A DNA stretch of 64,000 bases, taken from NCBI GenBank assembly GCA_963702475.1, contig CAVPCT010000005.1, forward strand, positions 256,001-320,000, given 5' to 3'. Below the pieces are notes generated by a model. The model was not told where the DNA came from and searched no databases. It saw only the letters and a list, made by a program, of their open reading frames with translations. Made by a program: the position numbers and the translations under genes. This document shows, piece by piece, positions 29,682 through 39,243 of this stretch; the first letter of the stretch is position 1, and every line of letters begins with the position of its first letter. Source of the DNA: an uncultured Thermoleophilia bacterium. GTDB taxonomy: Bacteria; Actinomycetota; Thermoleophilia; UBA2241.

Positions 29682-31247
29682 GTGGAGCACCTGTCCTACC
29701 CCATCGAGAGCGGCGATTACGCCGGCGCGGGCGCGGCCTCGCGTGACCTCAAGCGGCACCTCAAGCGCATCGGCGCGGAGGCTGACTCGGTGCGCCGCGC
29801 CATGATCGCCGCCTACGAAGCCGAGATGAACGTGGTCATCCACACGTCGGGGGGCGGCCGCCTGGACGCCACCGTCACCAGCGGCCAGCTCGACGTGGAC
29901 GTGGTGGACCACGGGCCGGGCATCCCCGACGTGGACGCGGCCATGCGCGAGGGCTTCTCCACGGCGTCCGCGGAGGCGCGGGCGCTGGGCTTCGGCGCCG
30001 GTATGGGCCTGCCCAACATCGCCCGCAACAGCGACCGCGTGAAGGTCACCTCCACCGTGGGCCAGGGCACCAGGGTGAGCTTCACCGTCGCCCTGCGCCC
30101 GGAGGCCGCCGTACAGGGAACGCCGGCCTCGTCGCTGAGCACGGTGTCCGAGGTGTGTCGCGACTGCCGCCACTGCCTCGTCGCGTGTCCCACCGCCGCG
30201 CTCCGGGTGCGCGACGGACGGCCATCGGTGCTGCACCACCTGTGCATCGACTGCACGAGCTGCATCGCCGTGTGCGCGCCGGAGGCGCTCACGCTGCTGG
30301 ACGCAGCAGGCCCCCTCGAGGGCCACGGCGTGCTCGCCGTGCCGCCGGCCCTGCTCGCCGGCTTCGGCGACCACCCCGCCGCCACCGTGCTGGCGGAGCT
30401 CCGGGCGCTCGGCTTCGAGGAGGTCGTGTCCGTACACGGATACGAGGATGCCCTTCGCCGCGAGGTGCTCGACGTGGCCGCCACTGCCACGCCGCCGGCA
30501 CCCGTGATCTCGCCGGTGTGCCCGGCAGCAATGAACCTCATCGAGCTCCGCTTCCCGTCGCTGGTGCCGCACGTCGCGCCTCTCGCCTCCCCGTGGGAGG
30601 CGCTGCAGCGCGATCTCCACGGCCGCGAAGTCACCTACGTGGTGTCGTGCCCCAGCCAGCGCTCGGCGCTGCTTGCGCAGCTGCCCACCGACCAGCGCAG
30701 CACCGTGACCCCGCGCCGCGTGCGCGACGCCGTGCTGCCGCGGCTCACGGCTCGCCGCGACGGCGCCGATGGGCGCGGCGCGGCGCCGCGGCCGCAGGCG
30801 AGCGGCACCGACGACCTTCTGGTCGTGGACGGTGTGGCCCACGTGGTCGCCGTCCTGGAGCAGATCGAGGACGGCGTGCTGAGCGGCGTGAGCGCCGTGG
30901 AGCCCTACCTGTGCGACGGCGGGTGCTTCGGCTCCCCGCTTCTGGCGGAGGACGCGCGCGTGGCCGCGTGGCGCTGGACGGCCACGGCCGGCTTCGACGC
31001 CGCCGGCGGCAGCGCGGAACGGGCGCGCCCGTTCCGCCCGCGCCCCGGCGTCCGCCTGGACGACGACATGGCCGTGGCCATCCGCAAGCTCGGCGAGCTG
31101 GATGCCGAGACACGGGCGCTGCCCGGCAAGGACTGCGGCGTGTGTGGAGCACCCACCTGCGCCGCCCTCGCCGAAGACATCGTGATGGGCCGCGGCACCC
31201 GCGCGGCGTGTCCGTACGTGACCACGAAGGAGAGGAGCGACTCATGA
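29682..31247 (+). CDS. RsbT-like Ser/Thr kinase fused to 2x[4Fe-4S], a degenerate Fe-hydrogenase-like domain and a C-terminal FeS domain
   Basis: YEAEMNVVIH, DHGPGI, GFGAGMGLPN; CRDCRHCLVACP and CIDCTSCIAVC; PVCP, VSCP, CDGGCFGSP; LPGKDCGVCGAPTC. Confidence 0.85.
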   Translation: MEHLSYPIESGDYAGAGAASRDLKRHLKRIGAEADSVRRAMIAAYEAEMNVVIHTSGGGRLDATVTSGQLDVDVVDHGPGIPDVDAAMREGFSTASAEARALGFGAGMGLPNIARNSDRVKVTSTVGQGTRVSFTVALRPEAAVQGTPASSLSTVSEVCRDCRHCLVACPTAALRVRDGRPSVLHHLCIDCTSCIAVCAPEALTLLDAAGPLEGHGVLAVPPALLAGFGDHPAATVLAELRALGFEEVVSVHGYEDALRREVLDVAATATPPAPVISPVCPAAMNLIELRFPSLVPHVAPLASPWEALQRDLHGREVTYVVSCPSQRSALLAQLPTDQRSTVTPRRVRDAVLPRLTARRDGADGRGAAPRPQASGTDDLLVVDGVAHVVAVLEQIEDGVLSGVSAVEPYLCDGGCFGSPLLAEDARVAAWRWTATAGFDAAGGSAERARPFRPRPGVRLDDDMAVAIRKLGELDAETRALPGKDCGVCGAPTCAALAEDIVMGRGTRAACPYVTTKERSDS

Positions 31248-31597
31248 AGCTCGACGAGATCGCCGCGACGCTCGACCTGACCCTGCTCACGCCCGAGACG
31301 CCGGCCCTGAAGGAGACCGACATCACCAGCGGGTACGCGTCGGACCTGCTCAGCGACGTGCTCGCGCACGCTCCCGAGGGCGGCCTGCTGGTCACGCTGC
31401 AGGTCCACCTCAACGTTATCGCCGTGGCGAGCCACGCCGAGCTGACCGCGGTCGTGTTCGCCGGCAACCGCCGTCCGGAGCCCGACGTCGTCGAGAAGGC
31501 CGCCGCCGAAGGCATCACCCTGTACGTGTCCTCACACGGTACCTTCGACCTGGTCGGGCGCCTGTACGGGCTCGGCGTGAAGGGATCCGATGCGTGA
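31244..31597 (+). CDS. DRTGG domain protein
   Basis: MKLDEI...GYASDLLSDVL...TLQVHLNVIAVA; ATGA overlap with the upstream gene. Confidence 0.88.
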   Translation: MKLDEIAATLDLTLLTPETPALKETDITSGYASDLLSDVLAHAPEGGLLVTLQVHLNVIAVASHAELTAVVFAGNRRPEPDVVEKAAAEGITLYVSSHGTFDLVGRLYGLGVKGSDA

Positions 31598-32334
31598 ATG
31601 TCTGCTGGGCAGACCTGCACGTGCACACGGCGCTCTCGCCCTGCGCCGACGGCGAGATGACGCCGCCGGCCATCGTGAAGCGAGCGCTCGCTGAGGGCCT
31701 GGGCATGATCGCCGTCTGCGACCACAACAGCGCCCGCAACGCGGCGGCCGTCCAGGTGGCGGCCGGCGCACAACTCGCCGTGATCGCCGGCATGGAAGTG
31801 ACGACCGTCGAGGAGTGCCACGTGGTGGGCCTCTTCCCCGACGCCGAAGCCGCACAGGCGGCAGGCGCCGAGGTAGGGGCCACCCTGCCGGCCTCGGACG
31901 ACGGGTACGAGACCTTCTTCGGCGCGCAGCAGGTGATGGACGCGGCCGGCGCCGAGGTGGCCCGCGAGCGGCTCGCCCTGGCCACCGGCACGACACTGGA
32001 CGTGAACGGCGTCGTGGGCCTCATCCACCGCCACGGCGGCCTCGCCGTGGCAGCCCACATCGACCGCCGCAGCTTCGGCGTGATCGGCCAGCTCGGCTTC
32101 TTTCCCGATGAGGCGGGCTTCGACGCCGTGGAGGTGTCACGGCACGTGGGCCCCGGTGACGAGGCCGAAGCGCCGTTCCTGGAGCACAGCCTGCCCCTGG
32201 TGCACTCGTCGGACGCGCACTATCTGGCCGACATCGGCGCCGCCCGCACGGCGGTGCGCTGCGAGCGCCCCGGCTTCGCCGAGCTGGCCCTGGCGCTCGC
32301 CTGCCGCGACGGGAGGGGACTCGGCGATGCATGA
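31594..32334 (+). CDS. PHP-domain phosphoesterase
   Basis: DLHVHTALSPC, CDHN, AAHIDR, SSDAH. Confidence 0.9.
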   Translation: MNVCWADLHVHTALSPCADGEMTPPAIVKRALAEGLGMIAVCDHNSARNAAAVQVAAGAQLAVIAGMEVTTVEECHVVGLFPDAEAAQAAGAEVGATLPASDDGYETFFGAQQVMDAAGAEVARERLALATGTTLDVNGVVGLIHRHGGLAVAAHIDRRSFGVIGQLGFFPDEAGFDAVEVSRHVGPGDEAEAPFLEHSLPLVHSSDAHYLADIGAARTAVRCERPGFAELALALACRDGRGLGDA

Positions 32335-32821
32335 CCTCTCCCTCTACCTGCTCGACATCCTCGAGAACTCCGTGCGCGCTGGAGCCACGGTGATCGCCAC
32401 GCGCATCACCGCCGACCGTGTCGCCGGGACACTGGCGATCGACGTACAGGACGACGGCCCTGGGCTGCCGGTGCAGCCGGAGGCCGCCCTGGACCCGTTC
32501 TTCACGACCAAGGAGCGCAAGAAGACCGGCCTCGGCCTCAGCCTCTTCCGGCAGGCGGCCGAGGAGGCCGGCGGCGGCCTCACCGTGGGCCGCTCGGCCG
32601 AGCTCGGAGGCGTGCAGGTGCACGCCTGGCTCGGCCTCGACAACGTGGATCGGCCGCCGCTGGGCGACGTGGCGGCCAGCATCCTCACCATGGTCGCCAC
32701 CAACCCGCAGATCGACTTCCGCGTGGACCTCACGGACGACGACGCGCATGTGGAGGTGCGCGGCAGCGAGCTGCCGGGAAGGCTCCCGACCCTCGTCGCC
32801 TACCAGGAGGCCCTCACCTGA
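32327..32821 (+). CDS. Stand-alone HATPase_c (histidine kinase-like ATPase) of hydrogenase operons
   Basis: LDILENSVRAGA, DDGPG, DPFFTTK, GLGL, DRPPLGD. Confidence 0.88.
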   Translation: MHDLSLYLLDILENSVRAGATVIATRITADRVAGTLAIDVQDDGPGLPVQPEAALDPFFTTKERKKTGLGLSLFRQAAEEAGGGLTVGRSAELGGVQVHAWLGLDNVDRPPLGDVAASILTMVATNPQIDFRVDLTDDDAHVEVRGSELPGRLPTLVAYQEALT

Positions 32822-32903
32822 TCCCGACCACCGACCCGCAGAACTCGGCAACCATGCCCTGCGAGCGCGACGGCTCGCAGCGACCCACGTGAAGGAGAGC
32901 CGC

Positions 32904-33443
32904 ATGAATGAAGAAGTCAGAGGGTGCGCCTGCTGCACCGAGGAACCGACCGAGGAAGAGCTCCTCGAGCGCCTCGATGCGGTGATCGCCGACTACAAAG
33001 GCAAGCCCGGGGCGCTCATCCCGGTGCTGCAGCTTGCCCAGGGCATCTTCGGGTACCTGCCCGAGGTCGCCCTGAAGCACATCGCCAGGGAGCTCAAGAA
33101 GCCGTACAGCGAAGTGGCCGGCGTCGTGGGCTTCTATTCGTTCTTCACGACCGTGCCGCGCGGCAAGCACCTCATCCGCATCTGCCTCGGCACGGCCTGC
33201 TACGTGCGCGGCGGCGTCGCCGTCCTGGACGCCTTCAAGAAGCAGCTCGGCATCGATATCGGCGGCACCACCGAGGATCGCAACTTCTCGCTGGAGATCG
33301 GCCGCTGCTTCGGCGCCTGCGGCCTGGCCCCCGTGATCATGGTCGACGACGACGTGCACCACCGCGTCAAGCCCAAGCGCGTCAACGAGATCCTCGCGCA
33401 GTACGCCGTCGAGGAGCTCGTCCTGGCGGAGAGGAGCGCCTGA
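32904..33443 (+). CDS. hydC: [FeFe]-hydrogenase gamma subunit (NuoE-like, HydC)
   Basis: LIPVLQ..Q...GYLP, CLGTACYVRG, CFGACGLAP. Confidence 0.9.
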   Translation: MNEEVRGCACCTEEPTEEELLERLDAVIADYKGKPGALIPVLQLAQGIFGYLPEVALKHIARELKKPYSEVAGVVGFYSFFTTVPRGKHLIRICLGTACYVRGGVAVLDAFKKQLGIDIGGTTEDRNFSLEIGRCFGACGLAPVIMVDDDVHHRVKPKRVNEILAQYAVEELVLAERSA

Positions 33444-33817
33444 TGGCCGACAGGATCACCAGCCCCGACCAGTTGAAGGCGCTGGCCGCCAAGGCCAAGG
33501 CCGACATCGACCTGCGTGAGGGGCGCAAGGAACGTCAAGTCACGGTGCACATGGGCACCTGCGGCATCGCCGCCGGCGCGCGCGGTGTCGTGGCCGCATT
33601 CATGACCGAGATGGCCGCCGCCGGCGTACAGGACGTGAGCCTGCACCAGTCGGGCTGCGCCGGTCTGTGCGAAGAGGAGCCCATGGCCACCGTCACCATG
33701 CCCGACGGCACCCTCTACCGCTACGGTCTCCTCGACGACGCCAAGGTGCACGCCATCGTCGAGCAGCACCTCGTGGGCGGCATCCCGGTCGACGCGTACC
33801 TCATCCAGCAGAGCTGA
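33443..33817 (+). CDS. Thioredoxin-like [2Fe-2S] subunit (HydD/HndB-like)
   Basis: HMGTCGIAAGAR, SGCAGLCEEEP. Confidence 0.88.
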   Translation: MADRITSPDQLKALAAKAKADIDLREGRKERQVTVHMGTCGIAAGARGVVAAFMTEMAAAGVQDVSLHQSGCAGLCEEEPMATVTMPDGTLYRYGLLDDAKVHAIVEQHLVGGIPVDAYLIQQS

Positions 33818-33834
33818 AGGCGAGTGAACTGACT

Positions 33835-36800
33835 ATGGCTGATGTGAGAAGTCAACTGCTGATCTGCACCGGCGGCGGCTGCATCGCCTCGGGCGCGCTG
33901 GAGGTGAGCGAGGCCATGCGTGCCGAGCTCGTCAAGCGCGAGCTCGCGGGCGAGGTGGGCGTCATCGAGACCGGTTGCCTGGGCCCGTGCGTGCAGGGCC
34001 CCGTGGCGCTCGTCTATCCGGACGGCGTCTTCTACCAGAACGTGCACGTCGAGGACGTGCCGGAGATCGTCGAGGAGCACCTGCTCAAGGGCCGCATCGT
34101 CGAGCGCCTCGTGAGCCACGCCCCCGGTACGGACCGCACCCAGGCGGAGATGGACGACATCCCGTTCTTCAACCGCCAGGTCAAGATCGTGCTGCGCAAC
34201 AGCGGCATCATCGACCCCCTCAAGATCGACGAGTACATCGCCCGTGAGGGCTACCAGGCCCTGGCCAAGGTGCTCACCGAGATGACGCCCGAGCAGGTCG
34301 TGGAAGAGGTCCTGGCGTCCGGCCTGCGCGGTCGCGGCGGCGCCGGGTTCCCCACCGGCATGAAGTGGAAGTTCGCGCAGCAGCAGGACAACGACACCAA
34401 GTACATCCTCTGCAACGCCGACGAGGGCGACCCCGGGGCGTTCATGGACCGCTCGGTGCTGGAGGGCGACCCGCACTCGCTCATCGAGGGCATGGTCATC
34501 GGCGCCTTCGCCATCGGCGCGCACCAGGGCTACGTGTACGTGCGCGCCGAGTACCCGCTGGCCGTGGAGCGCCTCAACCACGCCCTCGGCCAGGCGCGCG
34601 AGTACGGCCTGCTGGGCGACGACATCATGGGCAGCGGCTTCGCCTTCGACCTCGAGATCCGCATGGGGTCGGGCGCCTTCGTGTGCGGCGAGGAGACCGC
34701 GCTCATGACCTCCATCGAGGGCAACCGCGGTGAGCCACGCCCGCGCCCGCCGTTCCCGGCGGTCTCGGGCCTCTGGGGCAAGCCCAGCGTCCTCAACAAC
34801 GTGGAGACCTTCGCCAACATCGCGCCGATCATCCTCAAGGGCGCCGCGTGGTACGCCAGCACCGGTACCGAGCAGAGCAAGGGCACCAAGGTGTTCGCGC
34901 TCGGCGGCAACGTGCTGCACACCGGCCTCGTCGAGGTCCCGATCGGCATGCAGCTCGGCGAGCTCATCTTCGAGGTCGGCGGCGGCATCCCGAACGGCAA
35001 GGAGTACAAGGCCGCCCAGCTCGGCGGTCCCTCCGGCGGCTGCATCCCCAAGGAGCACCTCAACGTCCCCGTCGACTACGCCACCCTCCAGGCGCTCGGC
35101 GCCATCATGGGCTCCGGCGGCATCATCGTCATGGACGAGGACACCTGCATGGTGGATATCGCCCGCTTCTTCCTGGAGTTCACGCAGGAGGAGAGCTGCG
35201 GCAAGTGCCCGCCCTGCCGCGTCGGCACCAAGCGCATGCTCGAGATCGTCGAGCGGATCACGCGCGGTGAGGGCGAGGAGGGCGACATCGAGCGCCTCGT
35301 GGCCCTCGGCGAGACCATCAGCCAGACCGCCCTCTGCGGCCTCGGCCAGACGGCGGCCAACCCCGTGCTGAGCACCATCCGCCACTTCCGCCACGAGTAC
35401 GAGGCCCACATCAAGGACAAGTACTGCGAGGCCGGCGTCTGCTCGACGATGTTCAAGGCGCGCTGCTCCAACGCGTGCCCGGCGAGCGTCAACATCCCCG
35501 GCTTCGTGAGCCTCGTGGGCGAGGAGCGCTACGACGAGGCCCTCAAGCTGCACCGCGAACGCAACCCGCTGGCCAGCATCTGCGCCCGCGTCTGCTTCCA
35601 CCCTTGCGAGAGCAAGTGCATGCGTTCCAGCCTCGACGGGGCCCTGGCCATCCGCCACGTCAAGCGCTTCATGGTCGAGCAGGAGAAGGAACCGCAGCTG
35701 CCGGAGATCATGGCCAGCGACGAGAACGCCGCCCGCAAGGTCGCCATCGTCGGCTCCGGGCCGGCCGGCCTCTCGGCCGCCTACTTCCTCGCCCGGCTGG
35801 GCTACAAGCCGGTCGTGTTCGAGGCCGAGCCCAAGGCCGGCGGCATGCTCGTCCAGGCCATCCCGGCCTACCGCCTGCCGCGCCACGAGCTCGAGCGCGA
35901 AGTCACGATGATCGAGGCCATGGGCGCACGCTTCGAGTACAACAAGGCGCTCGGCCGCGACTTCACCCTCAAGCAGCTCAAGGACGAGGGGTATGAGGCC
36001 GTGTTCGTGGCCGTCGGCGCCCCGCAGGGCATGGGCATCGGCGTGCCGGGCGAAGACGGCCCCGGCGTGTACGACGGCCTCTCCTTCCTCAAGCAGTACA
36101 ACGTCGACGGCAAGGGCGAGGTCGGCAAGAACGTGGTGGTGGTCGGCGGCGGCAACGCGGCCATCGACGCTGCCCGCACGGCCATCCGCCTGGGCGCCGA
36201 GAGCGTCAGGATCCTGTATCGCCGCACGCGTGCCGAGATGCCCGCGTGGGGCGAAGAAGTCGACGCCGCCGACATCGAGGGCATCGAGATCGTCACGCTC
36301 GTCGCCCCGGAGGAGATCCTCCGCGACGCGAGCGGCAAGGTCACCGGCGTGCGCTGCAGAGAAATGGCGCTCGGCGACTACGACAAGAGCGGCCGGCGCC
36401 GGCCGGTGGCAGGCCACAACCCGTCGTTCACGGTCGAAGCCGACACCGTGATCGCCGCCATCGGCCAGAAGCTCGACGCGCCGGCCATCCTGGACGGCAC
36501 CCCGGTCGAGCTCAACCGCTGGGGCTACCTCTCCGCCGACCCCGACACCGGCCAGACGTCCGCCGACTGGGTCTTCACCGGCGGCGACGCCGCCACCGGC
36601 CCGTCCTCGGTGGTCGAGGCCATCGGCGCCGGCGAGAAGGCGGCGGCCGGCATCGACCAGTTCCTCACCGGCGCGAACCACGCGTTCTGGCGCAGGGACA
36701 TCGAGCCGCCGACGTTCTTCGACCCCGACGCCGACCCCCAGCTCGTCGACCGCCACGCGGTGCACGAGCTGGCGGTGACCGACCGCATCAAGAACTTCGA

Positions 36801-36903
36801 CGAAGTCGAGATCAGCTGGGCCGCGGAGGTGGCACTCGCCGAGGCGAGACGCTGCCTGCGCTGCGACTACGGCAAGTACTCGCTCGCCAGCAAGGAGCGC
36901 TGA
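33835..36903 (+). CDS. hydB: [FeFe]-hydrogenase beta subunit (NuoF-like) fused to a GltD/NfnB-like FAD-NAD(P)H oxidoreductase
   Basis: N-terminal CTGGGC..GCLGPC; GRGGAGFPTG, NADEGDPGAFMDR, GGPSG, ESCGKCPPCR; then CSNACP..CARVCFHPCE, VGSGPAG, GGGNAAID, YRR, GGD. Confidence 0.9.
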   Translation: MADVRSQLLICTGGGCIASGALEVSEAMRAELVKRELAGEVGVIETGCLGPCVQGPVALVYPDGVFYQNVHVEDVPEIVEEHLLKGRIVERLVSHAPGTDRTQAEMDDIPFFNRQVKIVLRNSGIIDPLKIDEYIAREGYQALAKVLTEMTPEQVVEEVLASGLRGRGGAGFPTGMKWKFAQQQDNDTKYILCNADEGDPGAFMDRSVLEGDPHSLIEGMVIGAFAIGAHQGYVYVRAEYPLAVERLNHALGQAREYGLLGDDIMGSGFAFDLEIRMGSGAFVCGEETALMTSIEGNRGEPRPRPPFPAVSGLWGKPSVLNNVETFANIAPIILKGAAWYASTGTEQSKGTKVFALGGNVLHTGLVEVPIGMQLGELIFEVGGGIPNGKEYKAAQLGGPSGGCIPKEHLNVPVDYATLQALGAIMGSGGIIVMDEDTCMVDIARFFLEFTQEESCGKCPPCRVGTKRMLEIVERITRGEGEEGDIERLVALGETISQTALCGLGQTAANPVLSTIRHFRHEYEAHIKDKYCEAGVCSTMFKARCSNACPASVNIPGFVSLVGEERYDEALKLHRERNPLASICARVCFHPCESKCMRSSLDGALAIRHVKRFMVEQEKEPQLPEIMASDENAARKVAIVGSGPAGLSAAYFLARLGYKPVVFEAEPKAGGMLVQAIPAYRLPRHELEREVTMIEAMGARFEYNKALGRDFTLKQLKDEGYEAVFVAVGAPQGMGIGVPGEDGPGVYDGLSFLKQYNVDGKGEVGKNVVVVGGGNAAIDAARTAIRLGAESVRILYRRTRAEMPAWGEEVDAADIEGIEIVTLVAPEEILRDASGKVTGVRCREMALGDYDKSGRRRPVAGHNPSFTVEADTVIAAIGQKLDAPAILDGTPVELNRWGYLSADPDTGQTSADWVFTGGDAATGPSSVVEAIGAGEKAAAGIDQFLTGANHAFWRRDIEPPTFFDPDADPQLVDRHAVHELAVTDRIKNFDEVEISWAAEVALAEARRCLRCDYGKYSLASKER

Positions 36904-36906
36904 AGG

Positions 36907-38682
36907 ATGCCGACCCTTACCATTGACGGGATCCCTGTCGAGGTCCCTGAGGGCACCACGGTGCTCCAGGCCTCCCGGCAGGCAGGTGTGAAGATCCCCA
37001 CCCTGTGCTACCTGGAAGACGTCCAGTCCATCGGCGCCTGCCGCGTCTGCCTCGTCGAGGTGGAGGGCGCGCGCACGCTGGTCGCCTCGTGCAGCCAGCC
37101 CGCCACCGACGGCATGGTCGTCCACACCAACTCGGGCAAGGTCCGCGACGGCCGCCAGATGGTCCTCGAGCTCCTTCTCTCGGAGCACGACGGCGACTGC
37201 AAGATCTGCGGCCGCTCCGCCGACTGCGAACTCCGCACCCTGGCCGACGAGCTGGGCATCGGCGACCTGCGCTACGAAGGAGAAAAGACCTTCAGGATGA
37301 TCGACGAGAGCACCCCGGCGCTGATCCGTGACACCGGCAAATGCATCAGCTGCCGCCGCTGCGTGACGGTGTGCAACGAGGTCCAGGAAGTGGGCGGACT
37401 GTTCGCCCAGGGCCGCGGCTTCGCCACCCTCATCGGCCCGGCCTTCTCGCAGAACCTCAGCGACGTGGTCTGCGTGCAGTGCGGCCAGTGCGCCGCCGTC
37501 TGCCCCGTCGGGGCCATCCAGGAGCGCAACCAGATCGACGCGGTCTGGGATGCCCTGGACGACCCGACCAAAACGGTGATCGTGCAGACCGCGCCGGCCA
37601 TCCGCGCCGCCCTGGGCGAGTGCTTCGACTACCCGCCGGGCACGCTGGTGACCGGCAAGATGGTCGCGGCGCTGCGCCGCATGGGCTTCAACGCCGTGTT
37701 CGACACCGACTTCACCGCCGACCTCACCATCATGGAGGAGGGCACCGAGCTGCTCGTGCGCCTCAAGAAGGCGCTCGTCGACGGCGAGGAGGTCGCTCTG
37801 CCGCAGTTCTCCAGCTGCTCACCGGGCTGGATCAACTACATGGAGCACTTCAACCCCGACATGCTCGACTGCCTGAGCACCTGCAAGAGCCCGCAGCAGA
37901 TGTTCGGGGCGCTCGCCAAGACCTACTATGCCGAGAAGATCGGCGTGAAGCCGGAGGACATGATCGTCGTCTCCGTCATGCCCTGCACGGCCAAGAAGTA
38001 CGAGGCGGCGCGCCCGGAGATGAACGACAGCGGCGTGCGCGACGTGGATATCGTGCTCACCACGCGTGAGCTCGGCGCCATGATCAAGCAGGCCGGCATC
38101 GACTTCCGCGGCCTGCCCGACGAGCAGATGGACGCGCCGCTCGGCATGAGCACCGGCGCTGCCGACATCTTCGCCAACACCGGCGGCGTCATGGAGGCGG
38201 CTCTGCGCACGGCGTGGGCGATCGTCACCGACAGCAAGCCGTTCCCGTTCGCCGACCTGCATGTCAAACCCATCCAGGGACTCGAGGGCGTCAAGGCCGC
38301 GACCGTCAAGATCGAGGGCGCCAAGGGCGACTGGGCGTTTCTCGAGGGCGCCGACCTCAAGGTCGCCGTGGCCCACGGCCTCGGCAACGCGCAGAAGGTC
38401 ATCGACCAGGTCAAGAGCGGCGAGGCCGAGTACCACTTCGTCGAGGTCATGACCTGCCCCGGCGGCTGCATCGGCGGCGGTGGTCAGCCGCGGCTGACCA
38501 CCAACGAGGTGCGCAAGAAGCGCATGGAGGCCATCTACCGCGAGGACGAGGGCCGAGAGCTGCGCCAGTCGCACGAGAACCCCGCCGTGTGCGAGCTCTA
38601 CGAGGAGTACCTCGGGGCGCCGTGCGGCGAGATCTCGCACCACCTCCTGCACACCCACTACTTCGAGCACGACCGCGTCTGA
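36907..38682 (+). CDS. hydA: [FeFe]-hydrogenase catalytic subunit, group A3 (HydA1)
   Basis: 2Fe-2S, His-ligated and 2x[4Fe-4S] F-clusters; H-cluster motifs FSSCSPGW, MPCTAKKYE, EVMTCPGGCIGGGGQP. Confidence 0.95.
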   Translation: MPTLTIDGIPVEVPEGTTVLQASRQAGVKIPTLCYLEDVQSIGACRVCLVEVEGARTLVASCSQPATDGMVVHTNSGKVRDGRQMVLELLLSEHDGDCKICGRSADCELRTLADELGIGDLRYEGEKTFRMIDESTPALIRDTGKCISCRRCVTVCNEVQEVGGLFAQGRGFATLIGPAFSQNLSDVVCVQCGQCAAVCPVGAIQERNQIDAVWDALDDPTKTVIVQTAPAIRAALGECFDYPPGTLVTGKMVAALRRMGFNAVFDTDFTADLTIMEEGTELLVRLKKALVDGEEVALPQFSSCSPGWINYMEHFNPDMLDCLSTCKSPQQMFGALAKTYYAEKIGVKPEDMIVVSVMPCTAKKYEAARPEMNDSGVRDVDIVLTTRELGAMIKQAGIDFRGLPDEQMDAPLGMSTGAADIFANTGGVMEAALRTAWAIVTDSKPFPFADLHVKPIQGLEGVKAATVKIEGAKGDWAFLEGADLKVAVAHGLGNAQKVIDQVKSGEAEYHFVEVMTCPGGCIGGGGQPRLTTNEVRKKRMEAIYREDEGRELRQSHENPAVCELYEEYLGAPCGEISHHLLHTHYFEHDRV

Positions 38683-38701
38683 GACGCGGCCGACCACGGT
38701 G

Positions 38702-38771
38702 CCGGCCGGCCCCCGCGGGGGCCGGCCGGGCCACCGGCGGGGCGGGGTGACCCTGAGCACCCCGCCCCGCC
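38702..38771 (+). terminator. Tandem GC-rich hairpins after hydA1
   Basis: CCGGCCGGCCCC/GGGGCCGGCCGG (38702-38729) and GGCGGGGCGGGGTG/CACCCCGCCCCGCC (38736-38771). Confidence 0.55.
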
Positions 38772-38823
38772 ACCCCGCCCGGCGGGGACGGAGAAGGCGA
38801 CCGGCTATACTGGGAATGAACGC

Positions 38824-39243
38824 ATGACCGCTGAACACCTCATCCTCATCGTCGACGACGACTACGACTTCCTCGAGATGAACCGCTTCATCCTCGAGAA
38901 CGCCGGTTACAGGGTCGTCACCGCCACCAACCCCGCTGAGGCCGCGGCGCGCATCGACGAGGAGGCGCCCGACCTCGTCATCACCGACCTGATGATGACG
39001 AGCATCGACGCCGGCTTCGCGTTCTCGCTCGCGCTCAAGAGCGACCCGCGCACGGCCGCGGTGCCCGTGATCATCTCCACGTCCGTGAGCAGCGCCCTGG
39101 GCCTCGACTTCCACCCGCGGTCCGAGGCGGACCTGGCCAAGATGAACGTGGACGCCTACTTCGACAAGCCTATCGACGCGCAGGCGCTGCTCGCCAAGGT
39201 CGGCGAGCTGCTGTCGCGACGCGCCGAAGGACCCACCCGATGA
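38824..39243 (+). CDS. Single-domain response regulator (REC)
   Basis: ILIVDDD, PDLVITDLMM, KP. Confidence 0.9.
   Translation: MTAEHLILIVDDDYDFLEMNRFILENAGYRVVTATNPAEAAARIDEEAPDLVITDLMMTSIDAGFAFSLALKSDPRTAAVPVIISTSVSSALGLDFHPRSEADLAKMNVDAYFDKPIDAQALLAKVGELLSRRAEGPTR

Noticed and set aside
33721-37188. Very long antisense ORFs (e.g. 1155 aa opposite hydB, 739 aa opposite ppk1)
   Set aside because: Shadow ORFs expected from high GC3 codon bias opposite clear genes
37807-37830. SCSP instead of SCCP in the H-cluster L1 motif of both HydA proteins as a sign of inactivity
   Set aside because: The Ser variant is a known L1 form in group A enzymes; the L2 and L3 motifs are intact
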